Below the pieces are notes generated by a model that saw only the letters and a list, made by a program, of their open reading frames with translations, was not told the origin of the DNA and searched no databases. The position numbers were made by a program, and so were the translations under genes. A DNA stretch of 63,999 nt, filler included, from Acidimicrobiia bacterium (GTDB lineage: Bacteria; Actinomycetota; Acidimicrobiia; Spongiisociales; CAZKJJ01): the NCBI GenBank assembly GCA_046759765.1. It is 24 parts of 24 records of this genome, joined end to end, with 100 filler letters (N's around TTAATTAATTAA, not from the genome) between each part and the next. Parts side by side here need not be neighbours in the genome. Positions count along the whole stretch, not along the records: positions 28,619 to 31,172 come from JBHICV010000255.1; positions 31,273 to 33,796 come from JBHICV010000256.1; positions 33,897 to 36,399 come from JBHICV010000257.1; positions 36,500 to 38,988 come from JBHICV010000258.1; positions 39,089 to 41,565 come from JBHICV010000259.1; 19 more parts are not named here. One strand, given 5' to 3'. Shown piece by piece: positions 29,212-39,843 of the stretch; position 1 is the first letter of the stretch, and each line of letters opens with the position of its first letter.

Positions 29212-30894
29212 ATGTTGAAAAATCAAGGAGAATCACCCATGTGGCTCGTTGCCCTCTTTTGCTTAGGGCTGTCCGTTGTTGGCTGGACTCCCCCCGCGTG
29301 GGCCGAAGGTGGGCTGTTCCCCAGCGCCGCTCCTGCCGGCGCCAAGGTCACCATCTCCGGTGCCGGTTTCGGTGACTTCAAGTCCACTCGGGAGAACCGG
29401 GTTCTGTTCAATGGCAAGCTTGCGCTGATCCAGCGTTGGGAACCGGATCTCATCTCGGTCAAAGTTCCGCTTCGGGCGAAGACCGGGCCGGTCGTCGTTC
29501 TGAGAGGACATCGGATGATCAAGATCGGGACCTTCACAGTTCAGCAACCAAGGATTACGTCCTTGACTCCTTCAGAAGCGGAGCCAGGGGCCACGCTTGA
29601 AATCCGTGGCGCGCATTTCGGGAATACAGCCGGCTCCAGGGATCCCAACACCATGTTCGGGGTCAACGGGGTGTTGATCAGCGATGTGCCCGCGCGCATC
29701 AAAAAGTGGCGCGAGAACAAAATCGAGGTGGAGGTTCCACCTAATGCCGCGACAGGGGATGTGGTGGTACGGCTGGCCTCTTCAGATCCTCTGCCGGATG
29801 GGTCTTGCTGTGCTCCAGTGGACTACAGCGTCAGTAATGCCTTGCCGCTCAAAGTCATCCCATCCATTCGTGCCGATCCCGTCACAGGGCCGGTCGGGAC
29901 CAAGGTCGTGCTCTTCGGGAAGGGATTCGGCGCCAATCGGTCACCCGGTGATGCCATTCTGTTCAATGGTCGCCTGGCTACGATTGCGCAATGGACCGAT
30001 AGCCTCATCGTGGTGCACGTGCCCCTGGGCGCCACGAGCGGGCCTTTGGTGATTAAGCGCGGCCAGGCGCAGCGAACCATCGGGGACTTCGAGGTCGTGG
30101 TCCCCAAGGTGACCGGCCTTTCGCCGACGAGCGGCCCGGTCGGGAGCCTGGTTCGGATCGCCGGCGAGAACTTTGGGTTTTATTCCGAGAGTGGGTCGAC
30201 GCCCTTCGCGTTCAGCGATTTTAACATCGGTGACAACGCGGTGGAGTTCGGTGGTGTGCCGGCCATCGTCTATCGGTGGCACAACGACAAGATCGATGTC
30301 TGGGTGCCGTTTAGCGCAAAGAGCGGACCAGTTGTCGTCAAGCGTGGCGGGACGACTCCGAAGGAGGATGGCTCCTGCTGCGCCGAACGTGGGCTGGTGA
30401 CTGCGTTTGTGGGCACCTTCACGGTAACAACTCCTCGAGTGGAGGCTTATGAACCAACCTCCGCCGGACTCGACGAGATCGTCACGATCAAGGGCTCCGG
30501 GTTCGGGAATTTCATCAAGACTACCGAGGAGACGCAGTCGGGTCTCATGGCAGGCGGGCATGAATTACGGCCGATCCGCCTGGGTGAGAATGTCTCCCGC
30601 AGCGAAGTGCTGTTCAACAATATAGCCGCGATTGTGGTCTCCTGGAGCGACACCGAGATCAAGGTGAGGGTGCCGAGAAGGCCCCTCTTTGGGATTGGCA
30701 GCATGAATGAGTTTTCGCCTGAATTGGCCACAGGACCGCTCGTTGTCCGACGAGGCTCGTGGGATCTGCTGCCGGACGGAAGCTGCTGTACGCCGAAGCA
30801 TTGGGTCAGCGTTGAGGCCGGGGAGTTCACGATCCTCGCCAGAGGAATTCCGGATCAGGGCTATTTCGACGACACCAATCCAAACGTGTACTGA
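29212..30894 (+). CDS. Secreted IPT/TIG-repeat protein
   Basis: Signal peptide; repeated P.SG..G..V.I.G.GFG...W....I.V.VP units; three DGSCC motifs. Confidence 0.88.
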   Translation: MLKNQGESPMWLVALFCLGLSVVGWTPPAWAEGGLFPSAAPAGAKVTISGAGFGDFKSTRENRVLFNGKLALIQRWEPDLISVKVPLRAKTGPVVVLRGHRMIKIGTFTVQQPRITSLTPSEAEPGATLEIRGAHFGNTAGSRDPNTMFGVNGVLISDVPARIKKWRENKIEVEVPPNAATGDVVVRLASSDPLPDGSCCAPVDYSVSNALPLKVIPSIRADPVTGPVGTKVVLFGKGFGANRSPGDAILFNGRLATIAQWTDSLIVVHVPLGATSGPLVIKRGQAQRTIGDFEVVVPKVTGLSPTSGPVGSLVRIAGENFGFYSESGSTPFAFSDFNIGDNAVEFGGVPAIVYRWHNDKIDVWVPFSAKSGPVVVKRGGTTPKEDGSCCAERGLVTAFVGTFTVTTPRVEAYEPTSAGLDEIVTIKGSGFGNFIKTTEETQSGLMAGGHELRPIRLGENVSRSEVLFNNIAAIVVSWSDTEIKVRVPRRPLFGIGSMNEFSPELATGPLVVRRGSWDLLPDGSCCTPKHWVSVEAGEFTILARGIPDQGYFDDTNPNVY

Positions 30895-30906
30895 AGAGAC
30901 TCGTTC

Positions 30907-31172
30907 ATGAGCGCACGGGGCTTGCTAGGGAAGTGCGTATGGGCCGTCGTCTGGCTTCTGCCCTGGCAGATGCCCTGGGGTGCCTTCCAGGTGGCACAGG
31001 CTGGTGTCATCTCCGCCATCCAACAGACGGGCACCGAGGTGACCTTGTTGGGGATCTATTTTCGAGACACGAAGTTGGGTTGGGCAGTCGGAGGCGGCGG
31101 GGTAATCCTGAAGACTGTGGATGGCGGTGAGCACTGGAGATCAGTCCGCGGTGGGACGCGTGCGCAGCTAAC
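30907..31172 (+). CDS. YCF48/BNR-repeat beta-propeller protein (3' truncated)
   Basis: F.D...GWAVGGGGVILKTVDGGEHW. Confidence 0.85.
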
Positions 31173-31380
31173 NNNNNNNNNNNNNNNNNNNNNNNNNNNN
31201 NNNNNNNNNNNNNNNNTTAATTAATTAANNNNNNNNNNNNNNNNNNNNNNNNNNNNNNNNNNNNNNNNNNNNGACAGATTCCCAATGCAGTGCCTGGACG
31301 AGTGGGGCTGGCCTCAATAGCTCCAGCGTGAAGCGTGCCAGATACATCGACACGTCGGAAGGACGCCTGATGTTCCAGCC

Positions 31381-32791
31381 GGTGACGTCTTAGGTTCTCT
31401 GTAAATAGGGGTGGCCTGAGCCACCATGTCGGTGATCAAAAGGCCGACGAAGGAGGTTCAGGCCGATGAGGAGAGTATCGCCGTCTGTGCAGGTTCGCGA
31501 GGAACTGGACCGATTGCTGGCCGGGGGCACCGATGCTGAGGGGAATCTGATCTCGGAGCTGGTGGAGACGGTCACCGCGTTGGTGGTCCAGGAGCTGGTG
31601 GAAGCCGAGCAGACCGACTATCTGGGCGGCCGGGGCCGCTACCAGCGTCGGGACCCGGAGGCCGGTCAGCGGGGGTCCCGCAACGGATATTTGGAGGGGT
31701 CGATCCGCACCGCAGAAGGTTCAATTCCGGTGCGGGTGCCGCAGGTGCGGGACACGGAGCCGTTCCGCTCCACGCTGATGAGCTTCTTGGAGGGCAACTC
31801 GGAGGTGTTGGACCGTTTGGTGATGGAGATGTACGCCCGGGGCATGTCCACCCGGGACGTGGAGGATGCTTTCCGGGACGCTACTGGGGAGCCGCTGATC
31901 TCCCGCTCGGCGGTGTCGGAGATCACCGATCGGCTCTGGGAACAGTACGAGGCGTTCACCAACCGGGACCTTTCGGAGATCGACGTCGAGTACCTGTTCG
32001 TGGACGGTATCTACGAGTCGTTGCGCCGGCACGGCGCCAAAGAAGCGGTGCTGGTGGCCTGGACGATTTCCTCTGACGGCTACAAGCATCTGCTGCATCT
32101 GGCGGTGGGCAACAAGGAATCGGAGGAATGCTGGACAGAGTTCTTCCGTCACCTGATTGCCCGGGGTCTGCGGATGCCGACCACGGTCACCGGCGACGGC
32201 GCCCCGGGACTCATCAATGCCATCAAGACGGTGTTCCCCCAATCCATCCGTATCCGGTGTTGGTACCCCCGTCTGGGCAACATGCGCACCAGCTGCCTGA
32301 GGAAAGCGCAGCTGAGGTGACGGCCGAGATTCGCGCTGTTCGGGACGCTCCCACCCTGGAGTCGGCCCGGGCCCAAGCCGACCGGGTTATCAACCGCTAC
32401 CGGTCCGAGTTCCCGGCGGTGACCAAGAGCCTCACCGAGGACCTCGAGGCGTTGCTGGCCGTGCATCGAGTTCCAGTGCGGCATCGGGTGCATGTCCGCA
32501 CCACCAACCTGGTGGAACGCAGCTCCGAGGAGGAACGGCGCCGTACCAAAGTCATCCCCCGCCTCCTCGATGAGAAGTCGGCCATGAAACTGGTGTTCGC
32601 CACCCTCATCCGCTGTGCCCAACGCTGGAGCCGAGTGTCGATCAGCGACCTGGAACGCCACCAGCTCCAACTGCTCCGCCAGGAACTCGGAATCGATCCA
32701 CCGCCGACCCGGAAGGAAAACAAAGCAAAGCAAGAAACGGTCGCCGCATGAGCTCACGCCGTCCCGTTTACAGACGCCTCAGGACTTGACC
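31381..32791 (+). mobile_element. IS256 family insertion sequence
   Basis: Imperfect 25-bp terminal inverted repeats (GGTGACGTC...TCTGTAAA / TTTACAGA...GACTTGACC, 17/25 match); no target duplication seen. Confidence 0.85.
31466..32751 (+). pseudogene. IS256 transposase, frameshifted near 32291
   Basis: RNGY, MYARGMSTRDV, VDG, GDG..GL in one frame; RTTNLVER in the next; apparent 1-bp deletion. Confidence 0.88.
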
Positions 32792-33101
32792 ATGCACGAA
32801 GGCGACGTGACCGGCAATCCCGAGCGGCAGCGCGTCTACCAGGACACCCAGAAAACGGAGGGCCAAGGCCCAGCAAAGCCTTGACTCCTCCGCAGGCGTT
32901 CCAGTCTGCCAGGGTATGAAGGCCGATCCAGCAAAAATCGCCTGATGGCCCGCCACCTGACCCGCCGAACGGCACCTTGGGCGCGTTCGCCCCTTCTGTA
33001 TGTAGAGGGTCTTATATGCATGGAGGTCGATAGTCGGTGAAGTGCCTGGTAGCCCGCGACGTAGGTCGTTAGGAAAGGGCGGCTCCCAGCCCTCATCTCA
33101 G

Positions 33102-33129
33102 GTAACGCATATGTGCCGATATGCGCGGC
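33102..33129 (-). repeat. dif-like site (full)
   Basis: GCCGCGCATAT-CGGCAC-ATATGCGTTAC. Confidence 0.8.
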
Positions 33130-33150
33130 AGTGCTTCTTGTGATGACCCT

Positions 33151-33654
33151 TCAGTGTTTATGGGACTTCGGGAGTGTGTGACTGAAGTCGATGAGTTGTT
33201 TGATGTGGTGGCGAGTAAGTCCCACAGCGCGATCGGGCTTGATCAACAGGGTCGGTGAGCTGCGGTGGGCTGCCCACTGTCCAGCCAAGGCGTCCAGATC
33301 GTCATCGATCCAAGCGGTTGGGGTATCGCCCACGAAGGCGACCACATCGGGAAGCTTCCATGCAGCGCCCAGGGCCGGGCTCCGTGAGAACTCGATCACG
33401 GCCATCGGAGGTAGCTCGAGGATGGGTGCGATCAGTTGAGCGGCTTGACGTCCCCACCCGGTGGCCCACACCAACTCGTATCGTTGGTGCAGAGCGCTGA
33501 GCCAAGCGCCATGGGCCCGGTTCAGCCACACCCTGTGTTCGCCTTCGCCGGCCACCGTGTATCGACTAAAGCCCGAGGGCTTCACACCCGGCCCAAACGG
33601 GGCGAGGACCCCATCGACATCAATGAGGAGGTATGGCTTACCGCGGGACGCCAT
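33151..33654 (-). CDS. HAD domain protein (Swiss Army Knife RNA-repair-like)
   Basis: LIDVDGVL, LVWATGW, AWIDDD, VGLT. Confidence 0.85.
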   Translation of the reverse strand: MASRGKPYLLIDVDGVLAPFGPGVKPSGFSRYTVAGEGEHRVWLNRAHGAWLSALHQRYELVWATGWGRQAAQLIAPILELPPMAVIEFSRSPALGAAWKLPDVVAFVGDTPTAWIDDDLDALAGQWAAHRSSPTLLIKPDRAVGLTRHHIKQLIDFSHTLPKSHKH

Positions 33655-33896
33655 GAGGAAGCGAGCGTACTTCTATGCAAGCTCACCACCGTCACAGCAG
33701 CTATCTGTGTTCGCTCGATAAGGCCCGCCCCTATCAGCCTTGTCGTACCACGCGATCCTTACCTGCCTCGGTGAACCCGCAATGTATACGGCCGTGNNNN
33801 NNNNNNNNNNNNNNNNNNNNNNNNNNNNNNNNNNNNNNNNTTAATTAATTAANNNNNNNNNNNNNNNNNNNNNNNNNNNNNNNNNNNNNNNNNNNN

Positions 33897-34172
33897 GGGC
33901 AAGGAGATGGCCGAACACGCCACCTTCACCATCGACACCGGAGTGCAGATCTACTTCTGCGACCCCAAGAGTCCCTGGCAGCGAGGCAGCAACGAGAACA
34001 CCAACGGCCTGCTCCGCCAATACCTCCCCAAAAAGACCGACATGGCTGTCCTCACCCAGGCTCAACTCGACGCTATCGCTCACTCCCCCAACACCCGGCC
34101 TCGACAAACCCTCGAATGGGAGACACCATTACGAGTACTCGCCCGGGCGTTGCAATGACCCCTTGAGACCGC
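33897..34172 (+). mobile_element. IS30 family element, 3' end (transposase C-terminus to 34158 and right end)
   Basis: [42 protein letters not shown]. Confidence 0.92.
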
Positions 34173-34393
34173 ACCCATTCTCGAGTGAGAACGCCCGAAC
34201 CACCTGCCCGCACCGAACGGCACATCGGCGCTCTTACATCGGTCCGTTTCTCGGAGGCAATCGGGCCGCACCGAATGCCGGTTATCGCGCAGTCAAGTGG
34301 GCGGATGGCTGGTGCGCCTGTGGGCGATCTGGACGCGGTGGATCCGACACCCGGGGCTGTCGGATGCTAGCTCCGGGGTAATCTCTAGCACCG

Positions 34394-35062
34394 GTGAGCA
34401 CCGCTCTCTACGTGGTCGCGGCGCTTCTCGTCGCCGCGTTCCTGCTGCGCTGGCGCGGCCCGTGGCTGCTGCGGGCGCTATTCCACCCTCGCGTCGAGCG
34501 CGAACGTATCTCCTTCTTGGCGGCCTACCCGATCGGGCCCGACGACGTCGTCCTGCTCGGGGACAGCATCACGGCGGGCGGCGAGTGGGAGGAGATCGCG
34601 CCGGGCGCGCGGATCCGCAATCGCGGGATAGGCGGAGACCGGACCGATAACCTCTTGACGCGTCTGGAGCACATCGTCAAGGGGCGCCCGCGCAAGCTGT
34701 TCGTGCAGATCGGCATTAACGACCTAGGGACCGGCGTGGCCTCAGACCGGATCCTCCAGAACCTCGAGTCAATCGTCGATCGTGTTCGCGACGCGACCCC
34801 CGAGACCCGCGTGCACCTCCACGAGCTCTTCCCGACCAAGGCGCGCCGCGCCAAGCGAATCCGCGCGCTGAACGCCGAGATCGGCCGGCTCGCCGAGACC
34901 CGCTCGCTACCGATCGTCCGGGTGTTCGACCACTTCGCCGACGACCGCGGCGCCATTCGCGCCGAGCTCACCTACGACAACCTCCACCTGACCGGAGCCG
35001 GCTACCGGGAGTGGTACGCCCTGCTCGAGCCCCACCTGCGCCAGGAGAGGGGGGAGCCATGA
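34394..35062 (+). CDS. GDSL/SGNH hydrolase
   Basis: GDSIT, NRGIGG, GINDL, DNLHL. Confidence 0.9.
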   Translation: MSTALYVVAALLVAAFLLRWRGPWLLRALFHPRVERERISFLAAYPIGPDDVVLLGDSITAGGEWEEIAPGARIRNRGIGGDRTDNLLTRLEHIVKGRPRKLFVQIGINDLGTGVASDRILQNLESIVDRVRDATPETRVHLHELFPTKARRAKRIRALNAEIGRLAETRSLPIVRVFDHFADDRGAIRAELTYDNLHLTGAGYREWYALLEPHLRQERGEP

Positions 35063-35555
35063 CCGTCCCCATCGCAGGCCGCCTTGTCCCCCCGGGTTCG
35101 AGCGCCGATCATCCATTCTCGCGCCATATCGCCCACATGTCCGAGGCGAGCAGATCGGCACATCTAGGGCAGGCGCGGCAGCGAGGCGTTGGTCAGCTGG
35201 GGGGGCATTAACAGAGCCTGCTAAGTGAAAATCCCTCGCCGGCATTATCCGGTGTTGGTAGTGACGGTTTCCGACTCCTTCAGTCGGACTCTCAGCCGGG
35301 AAGACACCCAGCGCCCGTTCTCACCTTGCAGGCCCTGCGTCACGGGTATACCACGGAGGAGCCGGTTCTGTCCAGCCCTTGCTCCACCTCGCGAAATGAT
35401 CTCCAACCGGCCACTGGTGGCACGGCCGCCACCCCGGGGATAGTCAGTGGCCGTTAAGCGCACCGACCACGTATTCAGGAACGAGAACGAGCATCTCGGA
35501 GGGTGCTCGTGACCGGCACCTCGGCGCTCGCTGAGGAGCGGCGGTTCCCTAGCGG

Positions 35556-36008
35556 TCAGGCTTCTGGGTTTTCTGTCTCCATGATGCGCTTGAGGTTGGC
35601 CTGGGTCTCCTCCAAGCCCTTACGGATCATCCGCTCGGGAACCTTCTCGAGCAACGCGCCGAGTGGGCCGAGCCATCGGGGCATCGAAAACACAGCGACC
35701 TGGGTTAAGCGAGTGCCCTCGGCCACTGGCTCTAACGTCACCGTCAGCACCGGGTTCACCGGCGGGGCCTTGCCTTCATGCACCTGAAGCCGTGGCGGAT
35801 CCCATTCGGTGATCCGCCACTCGCTCACCTGGCGAATCGGTCCAATGTGGGACCGATTCCGATACACCGCCCCCTCTCCCAGGGGCTCGTGATCGAGTAC
35901 TTCGTCGGTGAAGGCAGCCCAGTCGCTCCACCGAGAGGTGTCGCTGAAGAACTCCCAGAGACGCTCGGGGCCGGCCCCGATGACGGTAGAAACCTCGACT
36001 CGCTTCAT
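35556..36008 (-). CDS. SRPBCC / polyketide cyclase family protein
   Basis: MKRVEVSTVIGAGPERLWEF...ITEWDPP...GTRLT...LKRIME; GAGGGG RBS. Confidence 0.88.
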   Translation of the reverse strand: MKRVEVSTVIGAGPERLWEFFSDTSRWSDWAAFTDEVLDHEPLGEGAVYRNRSHIGPIRQVSEWRITEWDPPRLQVHEGKAPPVNPVLTVTLEPVAEGTRLTQVAVFSMPRWLGPLGALLEKVPERMIRKGLEETQANLKRIMETENPEA

Positions 36009-36499
36009 CGCCTTTCCCCTCGTCGAGGCAGCGTTGCGTATGGGAGGCAATGTACCAGTGCCGCCTGGCGGCGGCTTGGTCCAGGTAACCCACCTCAGGT
36101 AGGTGATAGTGGCCGCGGGTCTACGCGTCCGTCGCGCTCCGATCACCAGTTCTGCTTCGATATCGCCCGTTCCGCCTACCCGCTCGTGATTGGCACCTCG
36201 AGGGCGGATCACCGGTGGACCCGGGTAGCCAGCCTGTTGTGAAGATATCGAGGTGAACGCCTCGGAGGCACAGAAGAGAAATCAATGGCGTGATGACAAA
36301 CCGAGCCAGCCGACCGCGCCTGTACGTTCAGGGGGAAGCGCTAGGTCGCCGGCTCTCGCATCGGCTCCAGGTCGATCACATAGCGGGCCTCGCCTTCGGN
36401 NNNNNNNNNNNNNNNNNNNNNNNNNNNNNNNNNNNNNNNNNNNTTAATTAATTAANNNNNNNNNNNNNNNNNNNNNNNNNNNNNNNNNNNNNNNNNNNN

Positions 36500-37090
36500 G
36501 AAGCCCATAGTGGTGTCGATGGAGTGTCCATTCTCGACCGCGGCCAGCGATGCTCCGGCTCCAAGGTGGCATGTCACAATCCGCAATTTTGATACAGAGC
36601 GAGCCAGCATGGTCGCTGCACGCCGGGCCGCGTAGCCGTGGGAGAGGCCGTGGAATCCATAGCGGCGCAGCTTCCACCGTTTCCGCCAGACCTCAGGGAG
36701 GGCATATTCGGCCGACCGAGCGGGCATCCGGGCATGGAAGGAGGTGTCGAAGCAGGCGACCGATGGGATTTCCGGCAGGGCGGCCCGTACTGCCTTAATT
36801 CCGGCCAGAGCCCGGGGTTGATGGAGCGGCGCTAGCGGAGTGAACTCGGCGATCTGATCGAGGACTTGGTCGTCGATGCGGATCGCCTCTCGAAAGGAGG
36901 CTCCGCCGTGGACAACTCGGTGTCCGATGCCATCGAACCCGTTCAAGCCCTGGAGAAGCTCGGCGACCGATTCCGCGTCGCCCTCTTTCCAGCGGTCGAT
37001 TGTCCTGTCGGCCAACACTTCGTCCTTAGGCCCAAGCAGGCGGAGTTTGAGGCTCGACGAGCCGGTATTGACGACAAGGATCCGGATCAG
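36500..37090 (-). CDS. ackA: Acetate kinase (3' truncated)
   Basis: [54 protein letters not shown]. Confidence 0.95.
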
Positions 37091-38988
37091 TCCTCCCAGG
37101 TCCAGTCCCGAATCTCGGGGAGGTCATCGCCGTGCTCCCGGGTGTACGCAAGGTGCTCCGTCCTCTTATCGATCATCAGTTGCCGAACCGTGGCGGCCCG
37201 TTGGCCGAGGCCGGGGACGCGATCGATGACATCCATCACGAGGTGGAAGCGGTCCATCTCATTGCGCACCACCATGTCGAAGGGGGTCGTCGTGGTGCCC
37301 TCCTCCTTGTAGCCACGGACGTGCAGGTTCCCGTGGTTGGTGCGGCGATAAGCGAGGCGGTGGATGAGCCACGGGTACCCGTGATAGGCGAAGATAATCG
37401 GCCGGTCGACGGTGAAGAGCGCGTCGAACTCGCGGTCGGGCAACCCGTGAGGGTGCTCGGTTTCGGTTTGGAGCCGCATGAGGTCGATGATGTTGATCAC
37501 GCGCACCTTGAGGTGCGGGAGATGACGACGCAGCAGGTCGACGGCGGCGATCGTCTCCAGAGTCGGCGTGTCACCGGCGCAGGCCATCACGACATCCGGG
37601 TCTCCTTCGTCGTTGCTGCACCAGTCCCAGATCCCCAGCCCGCGGGTGGCATGGAGCACGGCGTCGTCCATCCCCATCCAGTTGAGCTGAGGCTGCTTAC
37701 CCGCCACGATCACATTGACGTAGTCCCGGCTACTCAACACGTGATCGGCCACCGACAGAAGGCTGTTGGTGTCCGGCGGAAGGTAGACGCGGATGACGTC
37801 GGACTTCTTATTGACGACGTGATCGATGAACCCGGGATCCTGGTGGGAGAAGCCGTTGTGGTCTTGCCGCCACACGTGAGAGGTCAGGAGATAGTTGAGC
37901 GACGGGATACGACGCCGCCATTCCAACTCCCCGGTCACCTTCAGCCATTTGGCGTGCTGGTTGAACATCGAGTCGACGATGTGAATGAAGGCCTCATAAC
38001 AAGAGAAAAGGCCGTGGCGGCCCGTGAGCAGGTAGCCTTCGAGCCACCCCTGGCAGGTGTGTTCGCTGAGGATCTCCATGACGCGGCCCTGGCGGGCCAG
38101 GTGCTCGTCTACCGACAGAATCTCGGCGTTCCACACCTTGTCAGTGACTTCGTAAACGGCATCGAGGCGATTCGACGCGGTCTCGTCGGGTCCGAAGAGC
38201 CGGAAATTGTTCGGATTGGCCCGCATGACGTCGCGCAGGAACCGACCCAGGACCCTGGTCGGCTCAGCCGTGCTGCGCCCTGGCTGCTCCACGTCGACCG
38301 CATAGTCTCGGAAGTCGGGCAGCTCTAGGTCGCGTACCAAAAGGCCGCCGTTTGCGTGGGGATTGGCGCCCATGCGGCGCGCACCCGTCGGCAACCAGCC
38401 CGTGACCACGTCTCGCGGACGTCCATCCTTGTCAAACAGCTCGTCGGGACGGTAGCTGCGCATCCAGTCCTGTAGCCTGCGTAGGTGCTTCGGGTTCTCC
38501 CGGACATCGCCGATGGGGACCTGGTGCGAGCGCCAGGTATCTTCGACGGCGACCCCGTCAACCTCATCCGGGCCGGTCCAGCCCTTCGGGGTCCGAAGCA
38601 CAATCATGGGCCACCGGGGTCGCTCCTCTACTCCCTCGTCTCTCGCTTGGTGTTGGATCCGGCGGATTTCGACGAAGATCTCGTCGAGTGTGGCAGCCAT
38701 CTTCTGATGGATCTCTTCTGGATCGTTGCCCTCGACAAGGTAAGTGAGGTGTCCGTAGCCCTCAAGGAGACGGGTCAGCTCACCGTCGGGGATACGGGCA
38801 AGAACGGTTGGGTTGGCGATCTTGTAGCCGTTGAGATGCAGGATCGGCAGTACGGCTCCGTCGCCGACCGGATCGAGGAACTTGTTCGAGTGCCACGCCG
38901 TCGCCAACGGGCCGGTCTCGGCTTCGCCATCCCCGATCACACAGGCGACGACGAGATCTGGGTTGTCGAAGACCGCTCCGTAGGCGTG
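37087..38988 (-). CDS. xfp: Xylulose-5-phosphate/fructose-6-phosphate phosphoketolase (5' truncated)
   Basis: [54 protein letters not shown]. Confidence 0.97.
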   Translation of the reverse strand, partial: HAYGAVFDNPDLVVACVIGDGEAETGPLATAWHSNKFLDPVGDGAVLPILHLNGYKIANPTVLARIPDGELTRLLEGYGHLTYLVEGNDPEEIHQKMAATLDEIFVEIRRIQHQARDEGVEERPRWPMIVLRTPKGWTGPDEVDGVAVEDTWRSHQVPIGDVRENPKHLRRLQDWMRSYRPDELFDKDGRPRDVVTGWLPTGARRMGANPHANGGLLVRDLELPDFRDYAVDVEQPGRSTAEPTRVLGRFLRDVMRANPNNFRLFGPDETASNRLDAVYEVTDKVWNAEILSVDEHLARQGRVMEILSEHTCQGWLEGYLLTGRHGLFSCYEAFIHIVDSMFNQHAKWLKVTGELEWRRRIPSLNYLLTSHVWRQDHNGFSHQDPGFIDHVVNKKSDVIRVYLPPDTNSLLSVADHVLSSRDYVNVIVAGKQPQLNWMGMDDAVLHATRGLGIWDWCSNDEGDPDVVMACAGDTPTLETIAAVDLLRRHLPHLKVRVINIIDLMRLQTETEHPHGLPDREFDALFTVDRPIIFAYHGYPWLIHRLAYRRTNHGNLHVRGYKEEGTTTTPFDMVVRNEMDRFHLVMDVIDRVPGLGQRAATVRQLMIDKRTEHLAYTREHGDDLPEIRDWTWED

Positions 38989-39190
38989 NNNNNNNNNNNN
39001 NNNNNNNNNNNNNNNNNNNNNNNNNNNNNNNNTTAATTAATTAANNNNNNNNNNNNNNNNNNNNNNNNNNNNNNNNNNNNNNNNNNNNGGCGTCTGTTTG
39101 CGGTGGCGCTGTACCGGAGGCTTCCTCGGCTTCGATAAGGTAGTCCGGTTACGCCCGGCGGGCGGATGGCTCGTCGAATCCAAATAGGAC

Positions 39191-39487
39191 ATGGAGGAGC
39201 AAAGAGAGGTAGAAACGATGGCTACTGCCACCGAGACGCTGACGACAGCTGACAGAATCCGGACTGCCGAAGCCGGTATCTCCAAGGCACAATCTGTGCT
39301 CTCCAAGGCACAGTCGGGTCTCCGCGCCGCCGAGCGAGTGGCCGACAGGGCACAGATGGTGGGTGAGTATCCCTGGCGTTTCGTGTTAGGTGCATTGGGC
39401 ATCGTCGCCGTCGCGACCGCCGTCTTGGTGTGGGTTCGACGCCGTCGGAGTCGAGAGACCGAGCAGATATCGGTATTGGCAGCCTGA
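39191..39487 (+). CDS. Small protein with a C-terminal membrane anchor
   Basis: Amphipathic N-terminus, TM segment, RRRR tail. Confidence 0.55.
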   Translation: MEEQREVETMATATETLTTADRIRTAEAGISKAQSVLSKAQSGLRAAERVADRAQMVGEYPWRFVLGALGIVAVATAVLVWVRRRRSRETEQISVLAA

Positions 39488-39593
39488 CGCGGACAGCTCT
39501 CTGAGCAGGATCTGTAAGACAGCCACACTAGGTAGGTATAAGCCGACCACCACACCCTGCCACGTCCGTAGCGGTTCCTGCGACTCCGGCGTA

Positions 39594-39621
39594 ACCGCCA
39601 ATATCGGCACATATGCGCTGC
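39594..39621 (+). repeat. dif-like site (full)
   Basis: ACCGCCAATAT-CGGCAC-ATATGCGCTGC. Confidence 0.8.
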
Positions 39622-39669
39622 CTCGGATGGACCGCGCGAGGCCGCCCATATTGATTCTCTTATGTCAAG

Positions 39670-39843
39670 GTGCCGGCGGGTTGTGGTGGACAGGACTGGG
39701 ATGGGCCACACGGTTGTGGGCAGGCTCTTATAAGGTCACACCGCCCGCGAGAATGAGTTGGGGTGGGGTCGACAGGTCAATATGAAGACAATCCCCATGT
39801 TGGGATGTCAGCCGGTTGATCGGGTCAGACCCCACCCTGTTCT
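39670..39843. ncRNA. Candidate IS110 bridge RNA
   Basis: Perfect 10-bp stem 39761-39770/39828-39837 enclosing an internal loop with target-matching segments; second loop matches the donor end. Confidence 0.6.

Noticed and set aside
39641..39670. GCCGCCCATAT-N8-TTATGTCAAGG as the chromosomal dif
   Set aside because: The XerD-like half is the IS110 end (TTGACATAA on the minus strand) and the spacer is 8 bp; better explained as an insertion junction.
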